Positions 1 through 8,821 of a stretch of 64,000 nt of DNA are shown here, in pieces. The notes beneath the pieces were generated by a model, which was not told the origin of the DNA, did not search any database, and saw only the letters and a program-made list of their open reading frames with translations. The translations under genes and the position numbers were made by a program. Location of the stretch: contig JBBISL010000001.1 in NCBI GenBank assembly GCA_037441285.1, positions 84,611-148,610 of the forward strand, given 5' to 3'. This stretch comes from a candidate division WOR-3 bacterium. GTDB taxonomy: Bacteria > Hydrothermota > Tepidihabitantia > Tepidihabitantales > Tepidihabitantaceae. The stretch's first letter is position 1, and the number at the start of each line of letters is the position of its first letter.

Positions 1-1235
1 ATTTAACTCTGGCTTCAAGGGGCAGGAATAAAATTGAGTGGGCAGCAAAGTTTATGCCCGTTCTATCTCTGGTAAAAGAACGATTTATCAGCGAGAAACC
101 ACTTAAAGATGTTCGGATAAGTTGTTGTTTACATGTGACTTCTGAAACTGCCAACCTTGTCCGCACATTAACAGCCGGTGGTGCTCGTGTTCGGCTTTGT
201 GCCTCAAATCCACTTTCTACTCAGGACGAAGTGGCAAGCGCCTTAGTCGAAGAAGGGATACCGGTTTTTGCGATCAAAGGTGAAGACCGAAAAAGTTATT
301 ACCGCCATATTGAACAAGCGCTTGCCCATCAACCGCATATCACCACTGATGACGGTGCCGATTTGGTTTCCACACTACACAAAAAGGGCGGTAAGCTGGT
401 TCAAGGAGTATTGGGCGGTACCGAAGAAACAACCACCGGTGTTATCCGTTTGCGCAGTATGGAAAAAGCTGGTGTATTGCGCTACCCAATAATTGCGGTG
501 AATGACTCCTATACGAAATTTATGTTCGACAACCGCTACGGAACCGGGCAGTCAACGCTCGATGGTATCTTAAGGGCGACAAATATACTGTTTGCCGGTG
601 CCACGGTTGTGGTTTGTGGTTATGGGTGGTGTGGCCGCGGTTTAGCAGCGAAGGCGCAGGGGATGGGCGCTGAGGTGATTGTGACCGAGGTTGACCCAAT
701 TCGGGCGCTTGAAGCACGGATGGACGGACACCGGGTTATGCGCCTAATAGATGCGGCGCCACACGGCGATATTTTTGTTACCGTCACGGGCGACATTAAT
801 GTTATTGACCGAGCCCACATCCTGAAAATGAAAGATGGTGCAATCATCTGTAATGCGGGTCACTTCGATGTTGAAATCAATCGCCGTGCGCTGGACAAGA
901 TTACTAAAAAGAAGCGAGAGTTAAGGCGGTTCTGCGTTGAACATACACTGGTGAATGGTAAACGGGTAATTCTTCTTGCCGAAGGCAGACTTGTTAACCT
1001 TTCCGCCGCTGAAGGACATCCCGCAATGGTAATGGATTTGTCTTTTGCCAACCAGGCTCTGGCAATAGAGTTTATCTATAAAAATCAGGGTAAGTTAGCA
1101 CCCCGTGTTTACAAATTACCGGAAGAACTGGACCGGAAAATTGCGGAGTTGAAGCTGAACACGATGGGGATTAAAATTGACCGGCTGACCAAGGAGCAAA
1201 AAGCCTACATATCATCCTGGCAGGAAGGTACTTAA
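1..1235 (+). CDS. ahcY: adenosylhomocysteinase, 5' end runs off the window
   Basis: The frame is open from nt 3 (LTLASRGRNKIEWAAKF precedes the first Met at 54). It has the short-type SAH hydrolase layout, the NAD-binding motif GYGWCGRG, and ends in YISSWQEGT. Confidence 0.93.
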   Translation, partial: LTLASRGRNKIEWAAKFMPVLSLVKERFISEKPLKDVRISCCLHVTSETANLVRTLTAGGARVRLCASNPLSTQDEVASALVEEGIPVFAIKGEDRKSYYRHIEQALAHQPHITTDDGADLVSTLHKKGGKLVQGVLGGTEETTTGVIRLRSMEKAGVLRYPIIAVNDSYTKFMFDNRYGTGQSTLDGILRATNILFAGATVVVCGYGWCGRGLAAKAQGMGAEVIVTEVDPIRALEARMDGHRVMRLIDAAPHGDIFVTVTGDINVIDRAHILKMKDGAIICNAGHFDVEINRRALDKITKKKRELRRFCVEHTLVNGKRVILLAEGRLVNLSAAEGHPAMVMDLSFANQALAIEFIYKNQGKLAPRVYKLPEELDRKIAELKLNTMGIKIDRLTKEQKAYISSWQEGT

Positions 1236-1578
1236 GCCCTTTGCGCGGCATCGGTTAAACCGATAAACTCTATTAGGATAGAAGGAAACCCCGAAAGGAG
1301 TCCCGGAGTTACTCTGTAACTGAGTGAATGTGTAATTCAGTGATTCAATCGGGTAGTCACTCCGGGAGTCGTTCCCCTAACAACCTCCTGAATAGTATCC
1401 AAAATGATATTTACCTTTATAACAGCTGTTAGTATTAATTTTAACTGATTCACGCGCTAACTTACATATTACTACAAGGTTAAATAAAATTGCTATAGAT
1501 TGCTGGTTTTTACTATTTTTCAAGAGTACTCTATCCCGAAATAACGACGAACTGATGACGAGAAGTGATAGATTTGAA

Positions 1579-2865
1579 TTAACGGATTCGGAAACGGGGT
1601 CCTTTGCCCGACGACAGTTGTCGGGCAAGAAGCCGCGCCTGCTCGAACTCTTTAAGGAGCCGGTTAACATCGGTAACGGTTGTTCCCGAACCGGCAGCAA
1701 TTCTGCGCCGTCGTGAACCATCGATAATGTCTGGATTCTGCCGTTCTTCCGGCGTCATTGACTGGATAATTGCCTCAATCTTAACAAACTCATCTTCGTC
1801 AACATCGATATTACCAGCACCCGGAACAAGGGAAAGTAACTTGGAGAAAGAACCCATTTTTTTAACTGCCTTAAGCTGGCTTAAAAAATCATCGAGATTG
1901 AATTTACCCTTGAGAAATTTTTCTGCCATCTGACGCTGAGTAACTTCGTCCGTGGCGCTTTGCACCTTTTCGGTCAGGGTTTTGATGTCACCCATACCGA
2001 GGATGCGTGCCGCGATACGGTCAGGATGAAACTCTTCAATGTCTTCCAGTCTTTCTCCAGTTGAGATGAAATAAACTGGCATACCGGTTACCTGGCGAAC
2101 CGAAAGTACCGCGCCGCCTCGAGCATCGCCATCAAGTTTTGTAAAACAGCAACCGGTCAGGACCAGACGCTCGTTAAATTCCGATGCTTGATTAACCGCA
2201 TCCTGTCCTACCATTCCATCAAGAACGAGCAGCGTAACATCGGGTTTAATCTTTTCTTGAATCTCTTTGAGTTCGCTCATTAACTCTTCATCGATGTGCA
2301 GTCGGCCTGCGGTGTCGAGGATTAAAAGCCCGTTACCATTTTTGCGGGCATACTCTCGGGCTTTAAGGCAGGTGGTAATCACATCTTTTTCTACGGGATG
2401 GAAATCGCAGTTAACACGGCGGGCAACACTCTCTAACTGTTCAACCGCGGCCGGTCTCTTCGGGTCACAGGCAACAAGGAGTGGTTTACGGTTACGATAA
2501 CGGAACGCAAGTTTACCAGAAAGCGTTGTTTTACCGGTTCCTTGCAATCCAACCAAACTGATTATCGAGGGACTATTCCTTAAATCCAGCCTGACGCTAC
2601 TGGTACCAAGGAGTTTTACCATTTCCTGGTAAACGACATAAGTTATCAATTCGCCGGGCTTCAAACTGGCAGTAATATCCTGTTCTTTAAGCCGGGATTC
2701 GACGCCGCGGATAAACTGACCTACAACCTTATAGTTGACATCCGCTTCGAGGAGAATGGTACGAATTTCTCCGAGAGTTCGGGTAATTTCTACCGAGGTT
2801 AGTTTACCCCGACCAAGGAGTTTACGCTGCAGTTCAGTAAGTTTCTGGGTCAGTATGTCAAACAT
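1579..2865 (-). CDS. ffh: signal recognition particle protein Ffh
   Basis: It has the N domain MFDILTQKLTELQRKL, the G-domain P-loop GLQGTGKTT with DTAGR and TKLDGD motifs, and a Met-rich M domain with an RRRRIAAGSG tail. Confidence 0.95.
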   Translation of the reverse strand: MFDILTQKLTELQRKLLGRGKLTSVEITRTLGEIRTILLEADVNYKVVGQFIRGVESRLKEQDITASLKPGELITYVVYQEMVKLLGTSSVRLDLRNSPSIISLVGLQGTGKTTLSGKLAFRYRNRKPLLVACDPKRPAAVEQLESVARRVNCDFHPVEKDVITTCLKAREYARKNGNGLLILDTAGRLHIDEELMSELKEIQEKIKPDVTLLVLDGMVGQDAVNQASEFNERLVLTGCCFTKLDGDARGGAVLSVRQVTGMPVYFISTGERLEDIEEFHPDRIAARILGMGDIKTLTEKVQSATDEVTQRQMAEKFLKGKFNLDDFLSQLKAVKKMGSFSKLLSLVPGAGNIDVDEDEFVKIEAIIQSMTPEERQNPDIIDGSRRRRIAAGSGTTVTDVNRLLKEFEQARLLARQLSSGKGPRFRIR

Positions 2866-3500
2866 TTCAATTGACGAACCGTTTGAGTATAATCACCACT
2901 TTTAAATATCGCACTACCCGCAACCAATATATCGGCACCAGCCTCTATAACCTGCTGGCAATTTGCCGGGCATATCCCGCCATCAACCGAAATGGTAAAC
3001 TGAGTTTTGGTTTGAATCCGCATCTCATAAAGTTGCTTGATGCGCTCAAGAGAGTGGGGAAGAAATGTTTGCCCCCCCAATCCGGGAAAGACACTCATTA
3101 TCAAAACATCGTCCACCTTGTCCAGCAAGGAAAATAATGTTTCAATTGGCGTGTCGGGATTTAGAGAAATCCCCGCTTTTTTGCCCGCCGCAGAAATGGT
3201 GTTTATACAGCATTCCGGGTCATCAGTTGCTTCAATGTGAAAGATAATGTAGTCAGAGTAGGAAAGGAACTTCTCAATGATTTTTTCTGGTTTAATTACC
3301 ATCAGATGAGAGTATATTGGAACCGAAGTTATTTTGTGGACCGCTTTAACAATCGGTACACCAAAACTGAGATTGGGAACGAAGTGTCCATCCATAATAT
3401 CAAGATGTAAAGCATCGATCCCGGCTGCGAGCACGGCACGCACCTCGGCTTCAAGCTGGAGAAAGTTACAGTCGAGAATTGAGGCGGAGACCTTTGTCAT
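2850..3500 (-). CDS. rpe: ribulose-phosphate 3-epimerase
   Basis: The N-terminus SASILDCNF...LHLDIMDGHFVPNLSFG and the later VDGGI motif are typical of Rpe. It overlaps the ffh start by 16 nt. Confidence 0.92.
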   Translation of the reverse strand: MTKVSASILDCNFLQLEAEVRAVLAAGIDALHLDIMDGHFVPNLSFGVPIVKAVHKITSVPIYSHLMVIKPEKIIEKFLSYSDYIIFHIEATDDPECCINTISAAGKKAGISLNPDTPIETLFSLLDKVDDVLIMSVFPGLGGQTFLPHSLERIKQLYEMRIQTKTQFTISVDGGICPANCQQVIEAGADILVAGSAIFKSGDYTQTVRQLKCLTY

Positions 3501-4270
3501 CTTTTTTGTTCCGACGATTTAGGTTCACGGACAACGATTAGATTAACCGTATCCCCGCTTGCCACAGACATTCCTTCTTCCGGATACTGGAAAAGCACTG
3601 TGCCCAGCGGTTCACTACTGGAAGCGGGCTTTATTCCGCCCAGGATAAGTCCTTGGGAAACAATAATGCCGCGGGCGGTTTCGATGTTTAGCCCGACCAG
3701 GTTGGGCATGGGAAAAGTACCTGTTTTGGTCGAAACTGAAATTACCACCTCAGTACCCCGGCGAACTTCGGTTCCTGCTGGAGGGAATAAGGTAACAACT
3801 CTGCCCGTCGGTACTGTTGCCGTGCGTATTGATTCAATCCGAGCAATGACAAAGCCAGAGCGTTCCAGGGCGGTTATCGCGTTTGCCAGGGGTAGACCTT
3901 CAAGGTTAGGAACCCGTATTTTACTGACGCCGGCACTTACTTCCAGGTCGACCTCCCGGCCAATTTTTACCCGGCGTCCGGCGCGCGGGTAATGGGCGCA
4001 CACCCGGTTGGGAGGAATCTCGGCGCTGGGTACAGTTCGAACTTCACCCTTTTTCAACCCTGATTTAAGCAGGAGGCTTTCGGCTTTTTCGGGTGTTAAC
4101 CCGACCAGATTAGGAACGGATACCTCTTTGCCCTTATGAACAAGGATAGGCATCAGGAGGTTAACGATGCCAAAAATAAGGGCGAAGGTCGCAAGCAGTA
4201 TCAAAAGGCTAATAAAAACGCGCAATGGTTTTTTAGATTTCTTCATCGTACCTGCCCAATCTTTCTCCAA
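3497..4270 (-). CDS. PASTA domain-containing membrane-anchored protein (no kinase or PBP domain)
   Basis: An N-terminal TM helix is followed by three PNL(V/E)GL...-type PASTA repeats. The real start may be MKKSKK at 4246. Confidence 0.7.
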   Translation of the reverse strand: MEKDWAGTMKKSKKPLRVFISLLILLATFALIFGIVNLLMPILVHKGKEVSVPNLVGLTPEKAESLLLKSGLKKGEVRTVPSAEIPPNRVCAHYPRAGRRVKIGREVDLEVSAGVSKIRVPNLEGLPLANAITALERSGFVIARIESIRTATVPTGRVVTLFPPAGTEVRRGTEVVISVSTKTGTFPMPNLVGLNIETARGIIVSQGLILGGIKPASSSEPLGTVLFQYPEEGMSVASGDTVNLIVVREPKSSEQKR

Positions 4271-5177
4271 TTTGCGGACGATAACCGTTAATAAAATCTC
4301 GGCCAGTTAAAACTTTTTTCCCGGCTGGTTTCAAACTAATTAACTCGAGTAACTCGGTACCGGTAGCAACGAACAGACCAGGAGCGCCGTCAACAATTGT
4401 ACCAGGTTTGAGGTTGCGTTTCTCGCTCAAAATGCGGGAACGGAGAATAATCAAGCGGTTCGACCGAAAATAGGTTATCGCCCCGGGCTCTGGAGACAGT
4501 GCTCGAATCCGATTGTGAATTTCCTGGGCGGATTTCTGCCAGTCAATATCTCGGTCGGCTGCTGTTAACTTGGGTGCGACGGTCGCAAGGCTTTTATTTT
4601 GCGGCTGGCTTTTTACCCTACCTTCTTTAATTTCGATTAGTGTTTTGTAAACCAAATCTGCCCCCAGCAATGATAACCGAGTCTCAAGTTCTCCTGCTGT
4701 TTCTTCAGGACTAACTTCAACCCGGATTTGATTCAGAATATCGCCGGAATCAACCCCTTTATCCATTTTGATTACGGTCACCCCGGATTCGGTGCACCCA
4801 TCCATCAATTGACGGGGGATAGGTGCTGCACCACGGTAACGAGGAAGCAGCGAAGGGTGAAGGTTAATGAATCCATACCGGGGTATGTTTAAAAGCGGCT
4901 CCTTCAGAATAACACCATACGCGACGAGTACACCGCAATCCGGTTTAAAACTGGTTATTTTTTCTACAAAATCGCGACTGTTGGGGTTTTCGGGCGTAAA
5001 CACTACGATACCACTCTCCCGAGCAACAAGTTCAACAGGCGAAGGAGTGGGCTTTAAACCCCGGCCCTGAGGTCGAGGAGGGTTGGTCACAACCGCAACA
5101 ATTCCCAACCCCTTTTGCTGAAGTAGTTTTAACGTCGGAATCCCAAATGGCGCGGTACCGAAGAAAACTATCCGCAA
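4233..5177 (-). CDS. fmt: methionyl-tRNA formyltransferase
   Basis: MRIVFFGT N-terminus, the HPSLLPRYRGAAPI motif, and a position downstream of def. Confidence 0.93.
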   Translation of the reverse strand: MRIVFFGTAPFGIPTLKLLQQKGLGIVAVVTNPPRPQGRGLKPTPSPVELVARESGIVVFTPENPNSRDFVEKITSFKPDCGVLVAYGVILKEPLLNIPRYGFINLHPSLLPRYRGAAPIPRQLMDGCTESGVTVIKMDKGVDSGDILNQIRVEVSPEETAGELETRLSLLGADLVYKTLIEIKEGRVKSQPQNKSLATVAPKLTAADRDIDWQKSAQEIHNRIRALSPEPGAITYFRSNRLIILRSRILSEKRNLKPGTIVDGAPGLFVATGTELLELISLKPAGKKVLTGRDFINGYRPQIGERLGRYDEEI

Positions 5178-5719
5178 ATCTGGCGCTCCATTTCTTCAAG
5201 TTGTTTCAGTCTTGGGGCGAGTAGTTTGCGGCGCAGCTCACTGATATGGTCAATAAACAGAATACCACGCAAATGGTCAATTTCATGAAGAAGGGCACGA
5301 GCCAGCAAACCAGTACCTTCCATATATATTGGTTTGCCTTCAGCACTAAGACCTTTAATCCGGACAAATTCTGGCCGACTAACGATTTCATAAATATCTG
5401 GCAGGGAAAGACAACCCTCTTCCTCCTCAACCTTTCCTTCGGCAACCACAACTTCCGGGTTTATGATGCATAGGGGAGGACGGTCCAAATTGCAAGCCTG
5501 AGGGTTAAGAGCAAAAACCGCCAGAGGAATGCCAATCTGGTTTGCCGCCAGCCCAACACCGTCTTTCTTAATCATCGTACTCAAAAGGTCCTGAATAAGA
5601 GTCTCAATGTTCTGGTTAAATTCAACTATAGGCTGGGCAGGAGTCCTTAATACTGGATTGCCGTAAAGGACAATTCTCCGGCATTTTCCTCTATTATCGA
5701 GATTGACCACTTCTGCCAT
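5168..5719 (-). CDS. def: peptide deformylase
   Basis: All three PDF motifs are present: GVGLAANQIG, EGCLSLP and HEIDHL. Confidence 0.95.
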   Translation of the reverse strand: MAEVVNLDNRGKCRRIVLYGNPVLRTPAQPIVEFNQNIETLIQDLLSTMIKKDGVGLAANQIGIPLAVFALNPQACNLDRPPLCIINPEVVVAEGKVEEEEGCLSLPDIYEIVSRPEFVRIKGLSAEGKPIYMEGTGLLARALLHEIDHLRGILFIDHISELRRKLLAPRLKQLEEMERQICG

Positions 5720-5755
5720 TAAGAACCCCTTACCCGAAACTATTAAGGCTGTTAC

Positions 5756-6085
5756 CTATTGACCCGTAGAACCCAGTTTGTATGCAATGGCACCTTTTTC
5801 TACCTCAATTTCCGTGCCTTCTGACACTTTGACCATAAAGGTATTCTCTTTGACATTTGTGATAACACCAAGAATACCCGAAGCAAATACCACCCGGTCG
5901 CCCTTTTTAAGACTGGCAATCATCTGCTGGTGTTTTTTCTGACGACGTTGCTGGGGAAGAATCATCAGAAAATAGAGCACCACGAATATTAGAATCAGTG
6001 GTAATAGGCTACCCAGCATCCCTAAACCACCAGAAGGCTGGGAAGCGGTGCCTGTTCCGGTCTGGGCAAATGCGATTTCAATCAC
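5756..6085 (-). CDS. yajC: preprotein translocase subunit YajC
   Basis: It has about 109 aa, a single TM helix followed by QQRRQKKHQQM and the KKGDRVVFASGILGVI core. Confidence 0.85.
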   Translation of the reverse strand: MIEIAFAQTGTGTASQPSGGLGMLGSLLPLILIFVVLYFLMILPQQRRQKKHQQMIASLKKGDRVVFASGILGVITNVKENTFMVKVSEGTEIEVEKGAIAYKLGSTGQ

Positions 6086-6709
6086 CTATCCTCCTTTGTC
6101 TTTATCTTTTAAATAAAGGCGGTTTTTATAAATGTACTCCGCCACTGCTGTTGGTAAAAGATAACAAATAGACATCCCTTTGGCAAGTCGTTCTCTTATG
6201 ATAGTTGCTGTTAATTCCACCGGGATAACATTAAGGAATATTACATCGCTGGGTTTGTGCCCTGGCAAAAGGGATGGTTGGGGAACTCCCGGCCTACTCA
6301 TAACGACCAGTTTTGCTGCTTTGGTAAGTTCCAGGGGTTTATGCCATCGAGCAATCGAACGGTATTGGTCATATCCCAGCATAAGAAAAAGACAAGCCTG
6401 AGGGAATAAAAGGCGCAGGCGGGTTAATGTTTGTACTGTATAAGAAGGTCCAGGATGGTTCTCTTCCACACGAGAAAGAACGAACCAGGGATTACCAGCA
6501 ATCGCCCGCTGGACCATTTCGACCCGAGAATTATAAGAGGCGAGAGGCGGAGGTCGATGAGGAGGATGAAAGGTCGGGATAAAAATGACTTTGTCTAATT
6601 TTAATTTGAGTAAAACATCTTCCGCTATCAGCAGATGTCCCAAATGAATAGGGTCAAAGCACCCGCCGAATATGCCAATGCGGGTTCTATTAACCGGACA
6701 TCGCCGCAT
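6086..6709 (-). CDS. nadD: nicotinate-nucleotide adenylyltransferase
   Basis: GIFGGCFDPIHLGHL (HxGH nucleotidyltransferase motif) and a NadD-like length. Confidence 0.9.
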   Translation of the reverse strand: MRRCPVNRTRIGIFGGCFDPIHLGHLLIAEDVLLKLKLDKVIFIPTFHPPHRPPPLASYNSRVEMVQRAIAGNPWFVLSRVEENHPGPSYTVQTLTRLRLLFPQACLFLMLGYDQYRSIARWHKPLELTKAAKLVVMSRPGVPQPSLLPGHKPSDVIFLNVIPVELTATIIRERLAKGMSICYLLPTAVAEYIYKNRLYLKDKDKGG

Positions 6710-7458
6710 TAGTGTATCAGGTTGAGATAACGCTGCGCCGCCTGTTTAAGCCGAGGGGAAACTGCACTGGTAACCAGTTCTTCGAAAATCGGACGTGCCG
6801 CCTCGGAATCGCCAGTTTCATAATAACAAACGGCGAATTGATAACGGTCTTTCTCTGACCAGTTAATTTCGGGGTAGTTTTCTTGGATGAACTGGTAATA
6901 AATCAGTGCGGACTTGTATTCGCCCGCCTTGAAATAGAGTCGGGCGGCGTCAAACTCCTTTTGCACTAAACGGGACTCAATTTCCTTCAAAGCGTTTTGT
7001 GCCTGCTCCCGGAATCGAGAGTCGGGATATTCCTCAAGAAACTCGTTGAGTAATTCTTGGGCTTTCAGTACATTACTCTGGTCTTTATTGGGCGCTGGGG
7101 CCGAGCGCAATGCCGCTATCGCCTTTTTAAAAGAGGCTTCTTCCTGAAATCGTCCATTGGGAAAATTTTTAAGATAGAAATCGAATTCACTTTGCGCCTG
7201 TTCATAGTCTTTGCTTTCAAAATAACAGTCGGCAAGGTAAAACTGGGCATCAGCCGCCTGAGCACTGCCGGGAAAGTTAAAAATTAAGTAGGTAAAACCC
7301 TCTTCCGCTTTTTGAAACCTTTTTGCCTTTTTATCGGACAGTGCTTGTTCCAGTGCTTCCTGCGGGGTTGTGGGCTTTGTTTGTTCCGGTCTTTTCGGGC
7401 AGGCGGTTCCAATCAGAACCAGCAGTAAAAGTAATCTCGGGCTCGCGATTGGTTTCAA
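6709..7458 (-). CDS. bamD: TPR lipoprotein, outer membrane assembly factor BamD-like
   Basis: A signal peptide ends in GTAC. TPR-like repeats follow, with AQFYLADCYFESKDYEQA and ARLYFKAGEYKSA, typical of BamD/YfiO. Confidence 0.7.
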   Translation of the reverse strand: MKPIASPRLLLLLVLIGTACPKRPEQTKPTTPQEALEQALSDKKAKRFQKAEEGFTYLIFNFPGSAQAADAQFYLADCYFESKDYEQAQSEFDFYLKNFPNGRFQEEASFKKAIAALRSAPAPNKDQSNVLKAQELLNEFLEEYPDSRFREQAQNALKEIESRLVQKEFDAARLYFKAGEYKSALIYYQFIQENYPEINWSEKDRYQFAVCYYETGDSEAARPIFEELVTSAVSPRLKQAAQRYLNLIH

Positions 7459-8291
7459 ATTCTTTTTACCACTTCCTGCACGATTGCCGTAAGTTTCGGT
7501 TCGGCTTCATTGGCAACACGCAGCACTGTTGCCAGATCAACGGGCTGGAGCTGTTGAGGAATTCCCATATCGGTAATAACCGAAAAACCGAGGACCCTTA
7601 ATCCTGCATGCCGGGCAACGATTGTTTCCGGTACCGTTGACATGCCAACAAGGTCAGCGCCGATAATGCGAAGATAGCGATACTCGGCGGCGGTTTCGAG
7701 ATTAGGACCAGTAACCCAGGCATAAACTCCCCGGCGCAGAGTTAAGTTCAGTTCGGCTGCGACCGTTTCCGCCCGTTTAATCAATTGCGGGTCATAACAT
7801 TCAAACATATCAGGAAATCGTGGGCCCAGCGTTTCATCATTGGGTCCTCTCAAAGGGTTCTGGCCGGTAAGATTGATGTGGTCGGTGATGACTGCAATAT
7901 CACCGGCTTGAAACTCAGGATTTAAGCCGCCCGCGGCGTTTGAGACAATTAGCGTATCGATACCCAGTTCCTTCATTACCCGCACCGGATGGGTAATTTC
8001 CTGAGGTTCGTAACCTTCATAATAATGAAAACGACCTTGCATTACCACCACCGGTTTAGCGCACAACATCCCGAGTATTAAACGACCACCATGGCTTTCT
8101 ACGGTTGGAATGGGGAAGTGGGGAATTGTTGCATAGGGGATAGTTACAGCATTTTCCACTTTCTCCGCAAGTTTACCCAACCCGGTACCGAGAATTATCC
8201 CGATTCGCGGTTTGAAAGCAGTCCTATTTCTTATCGCTTGAACGCTCTCTTGAATCCTTTGTTTCAGTGTTGGAGTGTGTGTTGGATTCAT
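7455..8291 (-). CDS. punA: purine nucleoside phosphorylase (PNP/MTAP family)
   Basis: Motifs PRIGIILGTGLG, MQGRFHYYEGY, VSNAAGG and VGMSTVPE. It overlaps the 3' end of divIVA by 68 nt. Confidence 0.88.
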   Translation of the reverse strand: MNPTHTPTLKQRIQESVQAIRNRTAFKPRIGIILGTGLGKLAEKVENAVTIPYATIPHFPIPTVESHGGRLILGMLCAKPVVVMQGRFHYYEGYEPQEITHPVRVMKELGIDTLIVSNAAGGLNPEFQAGDIAVITDHINLTGQNPLRGPNDETLGPRFPDMFECYDPQLIKRAETVAAELNLTLRRGVYAWVTGPNLETAAEYRYLRIIGADLVGMSTVPETIVARHAGLRVLGFSVITDMGIPQQLQPVDLATVLRVANEAEPKLTAIVQEVVKRI

Positions 8292-8718
8292 TTAGTTCTA
8301 ACCGTCCTTTTTCAAACCTTTCTACTACTGCTAAGTAAGTATTGGCAATACCTTTGACCTCATCGAGTATCAGTGCCCGGCGCTTTTGTAATTCCTTTAA
8401 TTCGGACCGCATCCTCGCCGCCTCCTGTTTTATCTGTTCAATCATCAGTTCGCGCTCTTTTTCAACATTGGCACGCATTTCTTCGGCAACCTGTTGCGCC
8501 GTGAGCAGCGTATCTTTAAGTAGTTTCTCCATTTTTTCATAAGCAGCGACGCGGGCCGCGAGTTCATCAACCTTTTCGGCAAGTGCTGCTCGCTCCTTAC
8601 GCAGTTCTTCAAGCTCATTGGCAACGACAGCAAGAAACGCCCGCACTTCTTTTACTGCATATCCCCGGAACGAGACAGAAAATGCCTTCTTCCTTATTTC
8701 AATTGGTGTTAACGCCAT
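8224..8718 (-). CDS. divIVA: DivIVA domain-containing protein
   Basis: MALTPIEIRKKAFSVSFRGYAVKEVRAFL is the canonical DivIVA N-terminus and is followed by coiled coil. I chose the start at 8718 rather than the ORF-track 8805 because a promoter abuts it. Confidence 0.85.
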   Translation of the reverse strand: MALTPIEIRKKAFSVSFRGYAVKEVRAFLAVVANELEELRKERAALAEKVDELAARVAAYEKMEKLLKDTLLTAQQVAEEMRANVEKERELMIEQIKQEAARMRSELKELQKRRALILDEVKGIANTYLAVVERFEKGRLELNESNTHSNTETKDSRERSSDKK

Positions 8719-8725
8719 TGTTTTT

Positions 8726-8753
8726 AGTGTATATTGATAAGAAGCGGTGTCAA
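8726..8753 (-). promoter_or_regulatory. sigma70-type promoter abutting the divIVA start (leaderless prediction)
   Basis: On the minus strand: TTGACA 8753-8748, 16-nt spacer, TACACT 8731-8726, ATG at 8718 (7-nt gap). It is divergent from the thrS promoter. Confidence 0.55.
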
Positions 8754-8787
8754 GAAAAAGTATCATTCCAACCCCGGTATCGGTTCC

Positions 8788-8815
8788 TTGACACGCCGAT
8801 ATCATTGAGTAAGAT
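8788..8815 (+). promoter_or_regulatory. sigma70-type promoter abutting the thrS start (leaderless prediction)
   Basis: TTGACA 8788-8793, 16-nt spacer, TAAGAT 8810-8815, GTG at 8822 (6-nt gap). Confidence 0.55.
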
Positions 8816-8821
8816 TGAACC

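Noticed and set aside
1377-1721. Numerous 60-150 aa ORFs antisense to or overlapping the called genes
   Set aside because: Examples are 1377-1721, 3600-3992, 24024-24437, 35596-36039, 36160-36621, 44334-44756 and 53637-54128. They lie inside or opposite strongly supported genes, lack start-site signals (promoter or Shine-Dalgarno site) and have low-complexity, Arg/Ser/Pro-rich translations typical of off-frame readings.
8224-8291. 68-nt overlap between the divIVA 3' end and the punA 5' end as a sign of a mis-called gene
   Set aside because: Both reading frames encode family-typical sequence up to the overlap. The only alternative punA start is a CTG 24 nt downstream. The overlapping DivIVA tail is low-complexity, so this is probably a real overlap or a slightly shorter punA and is not noteworthy.
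8719-8821. T-box or attenuator leader for thrS
   Set aside because: Only 103 bp separate divIVA and thrS, and two divergent promoters occupy that space. There is no specifier-loop or T-box sequence.
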